Assembly: GCA_015065075.1 (NCBI GenBank)
Contig: SVRA01000003.1
Location: 1-60,069 of the forward strand
Direction: 5' to 3'
Length of the DNA stretch: 60,069 nt
Source of the DNA: Oscillospiraceae bacterium
Lineage (GTDB): Bacteria > Bacillota > Clostridia > Oscillospirales > CAG-272
The notes beneath the pieces were generated by a model. It did not search any database. It was not told the origin of the DNA and saw only the letters and a program-made list of their open reading frames with translations. A program made the position numbers and the translations under genes. Positions 8,542 through 18,046 of the stretch are shown here, piece by piece (within the stretch, counting starts at the first letter, position 1; the number at the start of each line of letters is the position of its first letter).

Positions 8542-9375
8542 TTAAATCAACCCCAACTTGACAAAAGCATTGTAAATGCCGTCGTCGGTAACGTCGGTCG
8601 TAACGATATCAGCCACCGCCTTCACGTCGTCAGAGCCGTTTCCCATACAAACGCCGACTCCCGCCGCCTTGATCATCTCAAGATCGTTTCCGCTGTCGCC
8701 CACGGCGATCGAATTTTTCATCGGCGCGCCTACCGCCGTCATAAATTTTTCGATGCCTACCGCCTTGTTGACTCCGTCAAAGGTTATCTCGCCGTGATAT
8801 AAGCTCTGCCCCGAGCCAAGACTGTAGCTGACGACGTAATAATAATCGCCAAGCTCGGCTCTGACCTCCTCGATAGAGAGGGGGGAATAGTAATAAGCGG
8901 CTTTTTCAACACATTCGAGCGCCTTGGGATCTTCAACGATCTCGGTGTTTCCGAAAACGCTGTCGAGCGTGACCTTGCCCGCACCCTCGGACTCAAAATG
9001 CGCGTATATCCGGTCGTAGCACCACCTCAAAGCGATCAAGCGATCGGTACTCTGCAAAAAATACGGGATCTTATACTTGTCGAAAAAATCTATCATTTCC
9101 GACAGCTTTTCGCGCGACGGACGGCTCTCGAATATCACCTTACCGCCGTATTCGATGTACGCGCCCGACGAAGCGACCATACCGTCAAAATCTATCTTTT
9201 CAAACAAGAATTTGTGTATCTGTGACTTCTGTCTGCCCGTGGCAAGCATTACTTTATGCCCGTTAGCCTGCGCTTTTTTCAGCGCGCAAACGGCGGACTC
9301 GGGTATCTCGCCCATAAAATTGACGAGCGTTCCGTCAACGTCAAGAAAAATATATTTCGTTTCCATTTTCATCAT
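8542..9375 (-). CDS. Cof-type HAD-IIB hydrolase
   Basis: FLDVDGTL, LATGR, NKAVGI, VGDSGNDLEM, MGNG. Confidence 0.95.
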   Translation of the reverse strand: MMKMETKYIFLDVDGTLVNFMGEIPESAVCALKKAQANGHKVMLATGRQKSQIHKFLFEKIDFDGMVASSGAYIEYGGKVIFESRPSREKLSEMIDFFDKYKIPYFLQSTDRLIALRWCYDRIYAHFESEGAGKVTLDSVFGNTEIVEDPKALECVEKAAYYYSPLSIEEVRAELGDYYYVVSYSLGSGQSLYHGEITFDGVNKAVGIEKFMTAVGAPMKNSIAVGDSGNDLEMIKAAGVGVCMGNGSDDVKAVADIVTTDVTDDGIYNAFVKLGLI

Positions 9376-9467
9376 TTCCTTATGGTATTCAGAGCGACAC
9401 TCCGACGGACAAATTATATCAAATTATTCGTCGAATGTCAAGATGAAACGTGGAAAAGACAAAGATC

Positions 9468-10394
9468 TTACTGCTTGTTCTGATCTTGCTGTGCCTCAAG
9501 CTTCTTTTTGCGCTTTTTCTTTGCCGAGGATACGCATATTATCACGATTACAGCGGCTACCACACCGCAGAATACCGTAAAGGGAAGGCAAGCAACGAAA
9601 ACGATAAGAATGCCCTGGCATATCGTCAGGAAGAAATCCCAACCGCCTGTGAGAGCACCTAACAGAGCCTCTCCGAAGGTCTCCTCATCTTCTTCGGTGT
9701 ATTCCTTGACCTCACTGATATTGAGGTGGATCGTGGAATAAGCAACCTTGCTGTCGTACAAACGGATCTGTGTTTCGTAAGCCTCGATCTCCGCGATGAC
9801 CTCGTAAAGCTTATCCTGAAGCTCAAGCAGATAGTTTATGTCTCCGTATTCGGTGTACTCGTCGTAAAGCTTCTGCAAGGATTCCTTCTGCATCTCGAGC
9901 ACTTCAATGCGGGATTTTATATCGTAATAGGTAGAGGTCACCTCGTCGGACGAGCTGGAGGAGGAGGTAACGTTGACGATACCGTCGATGCCCTTGCTGA
10001 AGCCGTCAAAGCTTTGTGCAGGAATACGCAGAGTATAATTTGCATAGCGGTAAGTTCCTTTGTTCGTAAGGCTTTTGCCCGATACGGAGGAGCTTTCGAC
10101 GTATCCGCCGAGGTCGATGCAGAGCTGCTCGATCATTTTGACCGCCTCTTCAAAGTCGGTCGCCTGCGCGGATATGTTTGCGGTCTTGATTATCTTGCGC
10201 TCGTATTCCGAGTCGTTCTCGATCCCGTTGCCGCCGAGGTCGACGTCAAGATAGGAGTCGTCCTTGATCGACGGCGCAGACTCGTAGTCCTCTGCAAAGC
10301 CGTTTCCGCTTTTTGCATCGCAAGAAGCGAAGGCAAGCACGAGCATAAGTGCCATAGCCAAACAGGTTACAACTGTAAAAATTCTTCTTTTCAT
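9468..10394 (-). CDS. DUF4349 domain lipoprotein
   Basis: Lipobox AFASC, RKIIKTA, GGYVESS, LRIPA, DEVTSTYYD, VAYSTI, C-terminal TM; start moved to MKRR. Confidence 0.88.
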   Translation of the reverse strand: MKRRIFTVVTCLAMALMLVLAFASCDAKSGNGFAEDYESAPSIKDDSYLDVDLGGNGIENDSEYERKIIKTANISAQATDFEEAVKMIEQLCIDLGGYVESSSVSGKSLTNKGTYRYANYTLRIPAQSFDGFSKGIDGIVNVTSSSSSSDEVTSTYYDIKSRIEVLEMQKESLQKLYDEYTEYGDINYLLELQDKLYEVIAEIEAYETQIRLYDSKVAYSTIHLNISEVKEYTEEDEETFGEALLGALTGGWDFFLTICQGILIVFVACLPFTVFCGVVAAVIVIICVSSAKKKRKKKLEAQQDQNKQ

Positions 10395-10458
10395 AATAAT
10401 ATCCGTCCTTTCAGACAATTTTTAGTGAGACGTTGCATCTCCAAAACCAGCAGAACGC

Positions 10459-10520
10459 AAAAAAGCGACTTTATAAGCAGGATTTGAAGCAATTCTTCGC
10501 CTTCTACCTATAAAGTCGCT
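10459..10520 (-). terminator. Long hairpin plus U-tract downstream of the valS-hydrolase unit
   Basis: AGCGACTTTATA (10464-10475) / TATAAAGTCGCT (10509-10520), followed by a T run on the minus strand. Confidence 0.55.
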
Positions 10521-10540
10521 GTTTTTTCTGAAAGGTTACA
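10515..10540 (-). promoter_or_regulatory. Putative ECF-sigma promoter for the DUF4349 gene
   Basis: TGTAAC-16-CGAC on minus strand, similar to the Firmicute ECF TGAAAC-N16-CGTC pattern. Confidence 0.55.
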
Positions 10541-10605
10541 GCTTTTTCTAAAAAAATATTTTTTTTGGAAATCTATCCTTCACGATTCGCGTTTAAGCCA
10601 TTTGA

Positions 10606-12081
10606 TTATTTTTGAACACCGTATGCCTCGCCTTGATATTCATCCATAAACCATTCGGCAACCTTGGACATCTTGATAGCGATCTTGTCGCCCTCAAATG
10701 TGATGTATGCGTGCATATTTCCAAGGCTGTTATCGAGAATGTAAACGCGAATGTGCAGGGTGCTATCGTTGATCCACTCTGCCGAAGCAAAGGCGTTAAG
10801 ACCGCGGTTTGCGGGCAGATTGATCTGATAGTCGTAATAATGATTCTCGGGGAACTTGAAGAATATATTCTTCGCCATTCCGAAGGGCAGGGTTTTCTTT
10901 CCTCTCAAGGTATCGTAGTGCATTGCACCCTCTTCGCCGTTGAATTCAAAGCTGACGGAGGTAATTTGCATCGGGTTGTTGAAAATGGAATATTCTACCC
11001 CGTTCACTCTCTGTGCTTCAGACGAGGTGATCGCACCGTGAAGCGCGTGGACCTTCAGTCCCGCAAGTCTCTCGGAGAGGAGAGCCTGTGCGGCATCGTC
11101 GGGAGCGTAGGGATCGCAGAGGTTATCAACTATGTGCTTCTTTGCGATTTCAAAAACGTCTGCATAGTTAGGCTCGCCTTGAGTGTCGGCAATGAAGACC
11201 GCTACGAGACCCTGCTCGGGCAGTATCCAGGCGCACTCGCATCCCATTCCAAGAAAAGCATAGCCTTCTCCCTGTGTCATCCATACCTGATATCCGTAGC
11301 CATTGCCGTGGAGAAGGTCGGGATGAGGATATTGAGTGGTGTTTGCGATCTGGTATTTGGTTGCCTCGTCAATGTAATCGGCAGGCAAAAGCTGCTTGCC
11401 GTGCGCTACGCCGCGATTTTTCACAAGCGTTGCAAAGCGAACCGTGTCGCGCAAAGATGCAAGCACGCCCGAGCCACCCCAGGAGTGTCCGTCAGGCGAC
11501 TGTATGCACCAAGCATCCTCCGAAAATCCGATCTCGCGCAGACAAACGTCCTTCAGATATTCAAGGAAGGGCTTGCCTGTCACACGCTCGACTATGCAAT
11601 CCAACATATAAGTACCGCAGGTGTCGTAAATAAATCTTGTTCCGGGACGCACCTGAGGGGGCTTGTTGAAGAAGCTGTATTCCCAGTCGGGAACGAAGCG
11701 ACCGTAGGTCTCCTGATCAAACGGAGTTGCCATCATCAAAAGATGGCGTATGGTTGCTTCAGCTATATAGGGATGCAGATTTTCAGGAAGCTTGTCGGGG
11801 AAATATTTGTAAACGGGATCGTCAAGCGAGACCTTGCCCTCGGCGATAAGCGCGCCTATGGCCATTGAGGTATAGGTTTTACTTGTCGAGTACATTCTGT
11901 GGAGAAATTTCTCATCTACAGGAGCAAAGTATCCTTCTGCGAAGATCTTGTCATGACGGAGAAATGCAAATCCATGCATCATAATGCCACGAGACTCAAG
12001 CTCGTCAATAAAAGCATTAACGCAGGCGTAGGGCACACCGCACTCCGCAGGGGAGGCAAATCCAAAATTATCCTTGTTCAT
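10606..12081 (-). CDS. Serine hydrolase, beta-lactamase class C/esterase family
   Basis: MYSTSKT (SxxK), SLDDPVYKYFP, TIRHLLMM, PGTRFIY, GYGYQVW. Confidence 0.9.
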   Translation of the reverse strand: MNKDNFGFASPAECGVPYACVNAFIDELESRGIMMHGFAFLRHDKIFAEGYFAPVDEKFLHRMYSTSKTYTSMAIGALIAEGKVSLDDPVYKYFPDKLPENLHPYIAEATIRHLLMMATPFDQETYGRFVPDWEYSFFNKPPQVRPGTRFIYDTCGTYMLDCIVERVTGKPFLEYLKDVCLREIGFSEDAWCIQSPDGHSWGGSGVLASLRDTVRFATLVKNRGVAHGKQLLPADYIDEATKYQIANTTQYPHPDLLHGNGYGYQVWMTQGEGYAFLGMGCECAWILPEQGLVAVFIADTQGEPNYADVFEIAKKHIVDNLCDPYAPDDAAQALLSERLAGLKVHALHGAITSSEAQRVNGVEYSIFNNPMQITSVSFEFNGEEGAMHYDTLRGKKTLPFGMAKNIFFKFPENHYYDYQINLPANRGLNAFASAEWINDSTLHIRVYILDNSLGNMHAYITFEGDKIAIKMSKVAEWFMDEYQGEAYGVQK

Positions 12082-12120
12082 ATCGGTTCCTTCCGCCGTG
12101 TTATCGGCATAAATAATAAT
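12082..12120 (-). repeat. Partial family 1 cassette (3' hairpin + RBS module)
   Basis: Minus strand ATTATTATTTATGCCG-ATAACA-CGGCGGAAGGAACCGAT-ATG resembles the 3' end of copies 1-3. Confidence 0.5.
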
Positions 12121-12134
12121 TCTTTCGTAGATAT

Positions 12135-14780
12135 TTATTTCAGCTTTGCGATCGCCGCAACAATACCCTCGAGGTTTTCGCGGTATTTTGCCATCTTCGC
12201 TCTCTCACCCTCAACGACCGCGGCAGGAGCCTTGGCAACGAAGCCCTCGTTGGAAAGCTTCTTTTCGATTCTCTCGATCTCAGCTTCAAGCTTCTTCTTC
12301 TCGCCCTCAAGACGCGCCTTTTCCTTTTCAAAATCAATGATATCGGAAAGCGGCAGATAGATCGTAGCAGAGTCGGTGATTATCTGTACTGCATTGTCTG
12401 CACTGACCTCGTCCTCGGCAAACTTGTCGGCAACGATAAGCTCGGAGGCGGATGCGAGACGTGCAAAGAACGCCTCTGCGGTAGCAAATACGTCAGCGTA
12501 TCTGGTAGCAAGATAAACCTTCGCCTTTTTGGAGGGAGGAACGTTCATCTCGCTTCTGCGCGCTCTGATCGCCTTGATCGCGTCGATGATCTTCGTCATC
12601 TTCTCGGCATCGGCAGAGAAGCAGAGCGACTTGCAAGCCTTAGGATACTCGGAGATCATAATGCTCTCGCACTCGTGAGGCAGAGCCTGATATATCTCCT
12701 CGGTAATAAAGGGCATAAAGGGATGCAGAAGCTTGAGCGTTCCGCAAAGAACGTATGCGATAACGTTCTGGCAGGTAAGATTTGCCTCGGTGTCCTTTTC
12801 GTTAAGACGTGCCTTGGCAAGCTCAATGTACCAGTCGCAGAAGATATCCCAGGTAAATCCGTAGATCGCGCCGAGAGCAACGCCAACCTCAAAGTTGTCA
12901 AGATTGGTAACTACGTTCTCGCAAAGCGCGTTGAATTCGTTGAGTATCCACTTGTCCTCGATCGCGAGCTTGTCGGCATCGGGGAGCTTGATCTCATCAA
13001 TCGTCAGATTCATACGAACGAATCGCGACGCGTTCCAGAGCTTGTTGGCGAAGTTTCTCGCCGCCTCGATCTTCTCGTCGGAGAATCTCATATCGTTTCC
13101 GGGGGAGTTGCCCGTCGCAAGCGCGAAGCGGAGCGCATCCGCGCCGTACTGCTTGATGACCTCAAGAGGATCGATACCGTTACCGAGCGACTTGGACATC
13201 TTACGGCCCTGCGCGTCACGTACGAGACCGTGAATAAATACGGTAGAGAAGGGCTTTGCATCCATGTGCTCAAGACCCGAGAAGATCATACGCGATACCC
13301 AGAAGGTGATTATATCGTATCCCGTAACGAGCACGTCGGTGGGATAATATCTCTTGAGATCCTCGGTCTGCTCGGGCCAGCCGAGAGTAGAGAAGGGCCA
13401 GAGAGCCGACGAGAACCAGGTGTCAAGCACGTCCTCATCCTGATGAACCTTGGCGCCGCACTTGGGGCAGGTGTCAATGTCGACCTTAGAAACGGTCATC
13501 TCGCCGCACTCGTCGCAGTAGAAGGCGGGAATTCTGTGACCCCACCAGAGCTGACGTGAAATGCACCAGTCGAGAATATTGTTCATCCAGTTAAAATAGT
13601 TCTTGGAGAAGCGCTCGGGAACGAAGCTGATCTCGCCGCTCTCAACCGCCTCGATCGCAGGCTTTGCGAGAGGCTTCATCTTAACGAACCACTGGTCACT
13701 CGTGAGGGGCTCGACCGTCGTACCGCAGCGGTAGCAAACGCCAACGTTGTGGTCGTGAGGCTCAACCTTAACGAGATATCCCTCGGCTTCAAGATCGGCA
13801 ACGAGAGCCTTGCGGCAGGCATATCTGTCCATACCCTCGTATTTGCCGGCATAAGCGTTCATGGTCGCATCGTCGTTCATAACCTTGATCTGCTCAAGGT
13901 CGTGTCTCTGACCGACAAGGAAGTCGTTGGGGTCGTGTGCGGGCGTGATCTTAACGCAGCCCGTACCGAAGCCGATCTCAACGTAATCGTCCGCAATAAC
14001 GGGGATTTCTCTGTTAACGATGGGAAGAAGAACCTTCTTGCCGATAAGATGCTTGGTGTTCTCGTCCTCGGGGTTGACCGCGACCGCGGTATCACCGAAC
14101 ATAGTCTCGGGACGGGTGGTAGCAACCTCAACGTAGCCGTCCTCACCGATGATGGGATACTTGATGTGCCAGAAATGTCCGGGCTGATCCTTGTATTCAA
14201 CCTCCGCGTCGGAAAGCGCAGTCAGACAGCGAGGACACCAGTTGATGATACGGTGACCGCGATAGATAAGTCCCTTGTCGTAAAGGTTTACAAAGACCTC
14301 ACGAACCGCCTTGGAGCAGCCCTCGTCCATGGTGAATCTCTGTCTTGTCCAGTCGCACGATGCGCCAAGCTTCTTGAGCTGACCCGTAATGCGAGCCTCG
14401 TATGTGTCCTTCCAGCCCCAAACGCGTTCAAGGAACTTCTCACGACCGAGATCGTAACGGGTAAGACCCTCGTCAACGCGCAGTCTCTCCTCAACCTTGA
14501 TCTGCGTAGCAATGCCCGCGTGGTCGGTACCGGGAACCCAAAGCGTGTTGAAGCCCTGCATTCTCTTGTATCGAACGAGAATGTCCTGCAACGTCTCGTC
14601 AAGCGCGTGACCCATGTGAAGCTGACCTGTGACGTTGGGAGGGGGAATTACTATCGAAAAAGAGGGATTATTGTTGTTCTTGTCGGGCGTGAAATAACCC
14701 TTTTCACACCACTCGGCGTATATCCTGTCCTCAAACTCGGACGGCGAATACGTCTTCGGTAATTCATTGTAACTGTTCAT
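12135..14780 (-). CDS. valS: Valine--tRNA ligase
   Basis: [41 protein letters not shown]-terminal coiled coil. Confidence 0.99.
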   Translation of the reverse strand: MNSYNELPKTYSPSEFEDRIYAEWCEKGYFTPDKNNNNPSFSIVIPPPNVTGQLHMGHALDETLQDILVRYKRMQGFNTLWVPGTDHAGIATQIKVEERLRVDEGLTRYDLGREKFLERVWGWKDTYEARITGQLKKLGASCDWTRQRFTMDEGCSKAVREVFVNLYDKGLIYRGHRIINWCPRCLTALSDAEVEYKDQPGHFWHIKYPIIGEDGYVEVATTRPETMFGDTAVAVNPEDENTKHLIGKKVLLPIVNREIPVIADDYVEIGFGTGCVKITPAHDPNDFLVGQRHDLEQIKVMNDDATMNAYAGKYEGMDRYACRKALVADLEAEGYLVKVEPHDHNVGVCYRCGTTVEPLTSDQWFVKMKPLAKPAIEAVESGEISFVPERFSKNYFNWMNNILDWCISRQLWWGHRIPAFYCDECGEMTVSKVDIDTCPKCGAKVHQDEDVLDTWFSSALWPFSTLGWPEQTEDLKRYYPTDVLVTGYDIITFWVSRMIFSGLEHMDAKPFSTVFIHGLVRDAQGRKMSKSLGNGIDPLEVIKQYGADALRFALATGNSPGNDMRFSDEKIEAARNFANKLWNASRFVRMNLTIDEIKLPDADKLAIEDKWILNEFNALCENVVTNLDNFEVGVALGAIYGFTWDIFCDWYIELAKARLNEKDTEANLTCQNVIAYVLCGTLKLLHPFMPFITEEIYQALPHECESIMISEYPKACKSLCFSADAEKMTKIIDAIKAIRARRSEMNVPPSKKAKVYLATRYADVFATAEAFFARLASASELIVADKFAEDEVSADNAVQIITDSATIYLPLSDIIDFEKEKARLEGEKKKLEAEIERIEKKLSNEGFVAKAPAAVVEGERAKMAKYRENLEGIVAAIAKLK

Positions 14781-14833
14781 TTTTTATATTTCCTTTCTGT
14801 TGTTAAACATAGTAACTGAATGTATCGATTTCT

Positions 14834-15200
14834 CTACTTTTCTTGAAAGAAAAGTAGCAAAAGAACTTCCCCTATATTTTGGGTCCTTTTACAGTGCCGT
14901 AGAATTTTTTCAGCGGCAAGCCTCGAAAAAATTCCTCTCTATCGTTTCTTACTTATAAGGTGTTGAACCCAAGCCATCTCGCCCGTCTTAAAACCAATAA
15001 TCAACCCGCCCGGTCGGCGAAGCCGACTTTTAAGATTAAAAGCAACTCAATCATCAAAACGGAGAGGGGAATTCTTAAGGGCGGAGAGGATGTTGAAGCA
15101 AGAGAAAATGCGGCTCGCTGCTTTTTTTCTTGCGAAACCCTCTCCCCCTTAAGCGGCGTTTCTTTTGTAACTTTTCTTGTCGCTGATGACAAGAAAAGTT
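14834..15200. mobile_element. REPIN/MITE-like non-coding insert with inverted palindromic ends
   Basis: Left end ACTTTTCTTG-AAAGAAAAGTAGCAAAAGAA mirrors the reverse complement of right end TTCTTTTGTAACTTTTCTTG...AAGAAAAGT; several internal hairpins. Confidence 0.5.
15069..15200 (+). repeat. Structured repeat family 2, copy A
   Basis: 80-nt stem-loop CTTAAG...CTTAAG with apical GCGGCTCGCTGC, linker CGGCGTTTCTTTT, terminal hairpin; homologous to 25808-25936. Confidence 0.88.
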
Positions 15201-15219
15201 AATAAAAACCCATACAAAC

Positions 15220-15490
15220 AAAAAAGCCCCGATGTAAAAACATCAGGACGTCAATACGCGGTACCACCTAATTTGCATCTGCCGTAGGGGCGGATTCCAT
15301 ATCCGCCCGAAAAAATCGGACAAACACCACTCAAAAGCTCTAACGTCGCCACCGTCGCAGACTACTCAGCAAAAAAGCCTTCACCCGCACCACTCGCAAG
15401 CTACCTTCAACCGCCGCCTCTGTGGATTTTCACCTGCCATCCACTCTCTGAAAGAGACCTGCGACCTACTCCTCTTGGTCATCGCGTTTA
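15220..15490 (-). promoter_or_regulatory. T-box riboswitch (Val) upstream of valS
   Basis: T-box AATTAGGTGGTACCGCG (15257-15273, minus), AGAGA and GGTGAAA stem I motifs, specifier GAAG-GTA-GC (GUA = Val, 15402-15404), terminator CCTGATGT/ACATCGGGG + T6. Confidence 0.95.
15284..15309 (+). repeat. GTAG-family REP palindrome
   Basis: GTAG-GGGCGGAT-TCCAT-ATCCGCCC-G. Confidence 0.7.
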
Positions 15491-15503
15491 AATATGATAA
15501 CAC

Positions 15504-15532
15504 ATTATAACACTTGTTTTGAGTTTTGTCAA
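15504..15532 (-). promoter_or_regulatory. Sigma-A promoter of the valS leader
   Basis: Perfect TTGACA-17-TATAAT with extended TG. Confidence 0.9.
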
Positions 15533-15675
15533 CCGTTTTATAACAGTTTTTTTAATGAAAGGAGCATTAATTCATATAAAAAACAACAAACGAAAATTGA
15601 TTCTCACGATGTTGGTAAGAAATTAGGTCTTTTATTCTATACTATCTCCATATTTGACGTGTTTCCATCATAATA

Positions 15676-15704
15676 TTGACATTTTTCGACGCAAATGGTA
15701 TAAT
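15676..15704 (+). promoter_or_regulatory. Sigma-A promoter of the ECF sigma gene
   Basis: Perfect TTGACA-17-TATAAT with extended TG; GGAGG RBS follows. Confidence 0.85.
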
Positions 15705-15732
15705 GTATACCGATTGGAAAGGAGGTCCTTGA

Positions 15733-16314
15733 ATGTTACCGATAATTTTGAACGTTGCTGATGACGACGACCGTTCATTCGTGGAAGATATCTACGTAAA
15801 ATATGAAAATCAGCTCTATTTGATATCAATGAAATACTTGCAAAATCATCACGATGCGCAAGACTGCGTACACGATACGATCAAATTGGTCATCGACTAT
15901 ATAGAAAAGTTTAAAACGGCGCAGGATAATGGATATCTTGAAAGACTGTTAACGGTGGTGTGCCGTAATTGTGCTAAAAACGCGTTGCGTGTGAAAATTC
16001 GAAAAAACGAGTACGAGCAGTCGCTCACCCGATACAATTACGACGAGGACTCATATGAGGATATCGATATCCCCGACTACACCTCGTGCGTTGATAAACT
16101 GTACGTCAGCGAAGAGAATTGTGAGTATCTTCATACGCTTATAAATAAACTTGACGATAAATACCGTGATGTTATTTTGTTTAAAAGCCTGGGCTTTGAC
16201 AGCAAAAGCATCGCTAAAATGATGAATATTTCCGAGGAACTTGTAAGAAAGAGATATTCGCGTGCGAAAAAGAAGCTTTGGGAAATGGGAGGTGAAGAGC
16301 TCTATGTTGAATAA
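15733..16314 (+). CDS. ECF-type sigma-70 factor
   Basis: Region 2 (YLQNHHDAQDCVHDT, VCRNCAKN) and region 4 HTH (LDDKYRDVI...IAKMMNISEELVRKRYSRAKKKL). Confidence 0.92.
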   Translation: MLPIILNVADDDDRSFVEDIYVKYENQLYLISMKYLQNHHDAQDCVHDTIKLVIDYIEKFKTAQDNGYLERLLTVVCRNCAKNALRVKIRKNEYEQSLTRYNYDEDSYEDIDIPDYTSCVDKLYVSEENCEYLHTLINKLDDKYRDVILFKSLGFDSKSIAKMMNISEELVRKRYSRAKKKLWEMGGEELYVE

Positions 16315-17047
16315 TACCGACAAATTCGATCATTTAATTGCATTGGCGGCAATGAAATGCACCGAGGAGGAGGCAAGCGAGCTCAAAAGCTTGGATACTT
16401 CATCCGTGAGCTTTGATCCCTCGTATTACAGAAAAAGGAACAAGGTTATACGCCAATATAAGTATAGGACGACCGGCAGGAGATCAACAGCAGCAAGATT
16501 GGCTGTGGCGATAGCGGCAGCGATTATTCTTATGTCGCTTTTGATAGGATGCGTGCCCAGACTCAGAGAGGCAATATATAATGCCATCGTCGAGTGGTAC
16601 AATGATTATTTTGCTGTTCGTTATGAAGACCCCGATGGCAAAGAGAAGGAGACCTTGTATGAGGAGGAGTCGACAACAGCAAACGAGCTTGGCGCAGATG
16701 CCCCAATATATATTGAGGACATACATAAACCAAGAGATCTGCCCGAAGGCGTTTGGGAGGATGTTCTATCCGAGAATAATACTCATATAACTATTGACTA
16801 CTATATTGGTGATGAGTATCTGTTTTCGTTTACACAGAATATATTGAAACCAATTGATAGATACGTCGATAATGAAGACGTAAACGTTACATATATTCAA
16901 ATTAATGGAAATGGTGCCACGGTCGTAGAATATATACACAAAAAAGAAATAAATATCATCTGGAGAGATAGCGAATATTCATATCATATATTTTCTACGG
17001 AATGTGATCTTGATACCTTGGTTCAATATGCAAAAAGTGTAAAATAA
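16304..17047 (+). CDS. Putative anti-sigma factor, DUF4367-like
   Basis: Overlaps sigma stop; single TM; extracellular PRDLPEG and DNE...IQINGNGA...IIW...YSYHI pattern. Confidence 0.75.
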   Translation: MLNNTDKFDHLIALAAMKCTEEEASELKSLDTSSVSFDPSYYRKRNKVIRQYKYRTTGRRSTAARLAVAIAAAIILMSLLIGCVPRLREAIYNAIVEWYNDYFAVRYEDPDGKEKETLYEEESTTANELGADAPIYIEDIHKPRDLPEGVWEDVLSENNTHITIDYYIGDEYLFSFTQNILKPIDRYVDNEDVNVTYIQINGNGATVVEYIHKKEINIIWRDSEYSYHIFSTECDLDTLVQYAKSVK

Positions 17048-17108
17048 ATTGCATTTTTTAAAATTAAATATCAAAAAATAAAAATTTTTAAAAAATCCTG
17101 AAAAATGT

Positions 17109-17136
17109 TGTCACGTTTTCGGGATTTTTTTGTTAT
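17109..17136 (+). promoter_or_regulatory. Putative cognate ECF promoter
   Basis: TGTCAC-17-GTTAT upstream of the secreted protein gene; no sigma-A match seen. Confidence 0.45.
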
Positions 17137-17179
17137 GAATATCGGGCCCCCAAAAATGTCTTGATGACATTGGAGGAAA

Positions 17180-17608
17180 ATGAAACGTAATAACGCAATA
17201 AAAGCAATCGTATCAATTGCGCTTTCGATTATTATGATCTGCTCGCTTACAGCTCCTGCATTTGCCGCGCAGCCCGAGGATACGGCCGTACAACCCAGAT
17301 GGACGAGCATCGCGACTATGGAAGTTAGTATGAGCTTTGTGGGAAGCGACGGTAACGTTTCGGCTATTGCAAGGAAGCAGTCAACCGCATCGCATATCGT
17401 AGGCACGCTCTATCTATACAAGTGGAACGGATCGTACTACGAATATATGGATGAGGTTTCGGGCAGCAAAAGGGTAGGAACCCTGGCTCTTAGTATCGAC
17501 TTCGTTTGCGAAAAAGGAGTTCAGTACAAGGGAGTCCTGACTGTTGTTGCTTATACTGATGAGCACGGTGAGTACGAAAGCGTTTACTACTGCGAAACCT
17601 GTAAATAA
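17180..17608 (+). CDS. Small secreted protein
   Basis: GGAGG RBS, signal peptide ending PAFA, VQPRW motif, beta-rich mature part. Confidence 0.8.
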   Translation: MKRNNAIKAIVSIALSIIMICSLTAPAFAAQPEDTAVQPRWTSIATMEVSMSFVGSDGNVSAIARKQSTASHIVGTLYLYKWNGSYYEYMDEVSGSKRVGTLALSIDFVCEKGVQYKGVLTVVAYTDEHGEYESVYYCETCK

Positions 17609-17699
17609 TTTGACTATAAGAAAATCTGCAATCAACCAAAAAATAATATTGATAGAAAGATCATTATAGACGTTCTACGGGGTCCAAAAAATACAATAT

Positions 17700-17960
17700 C
17701 TATTTATTCATCAGATCATTGATGACGTCAAGAAAATGTACCTGTGGAATTCTGTACTTATTCAAGATGTCAACGATAGATAGGGCGAGGTCCTTATCGG
17801 TGCCGATCTCCTTGATGCATATGACGTTATGCTCATATGCATCATGCACGGCTATACCGTAAGCATTCTCCGAGTCGGTTTTTGTGATCACAGCCAAACT
17901 GTATTCACATACGTCACCGAGAGAAGCTACACGAGCCGCGATTGATTTGTTCGTCTCCAT
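17700..17960 (-). CDS. Small protein, DUF6514-like
   Basis: AGGAG RBS before ATG 17960; YGIAV...I..I..D...A..I...L.......HF.DVI.D pattern. Confidence 0.65.
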   Translation of the reverse strand: METNKSIAARVASLGDVCEYSLAVITKTDSENAYGIAVHDAYEHNVICIKEIGTDKDLALSIVDILNKYRIPQVHFLDVINDLMNK

Positions 17961-18046
17961 TTTGCGACACTCCTTTCTTTCGGGTGACATCATTATACCC
18001 TATGCAAAAAAGTGTTTTTATCACTGTACAACAGCCCCTTTGTCAA

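Noticed and set aside
14960-15202. ORFs 14960-15202 and 25726-25911 share a peptide pattern (ILK..DVE..NAARCF..ET)
   Set aside because: Explained by the family 2 DNA repeat; no RBS, frames diverge afterwards, and changes follow base pairing rather than codons
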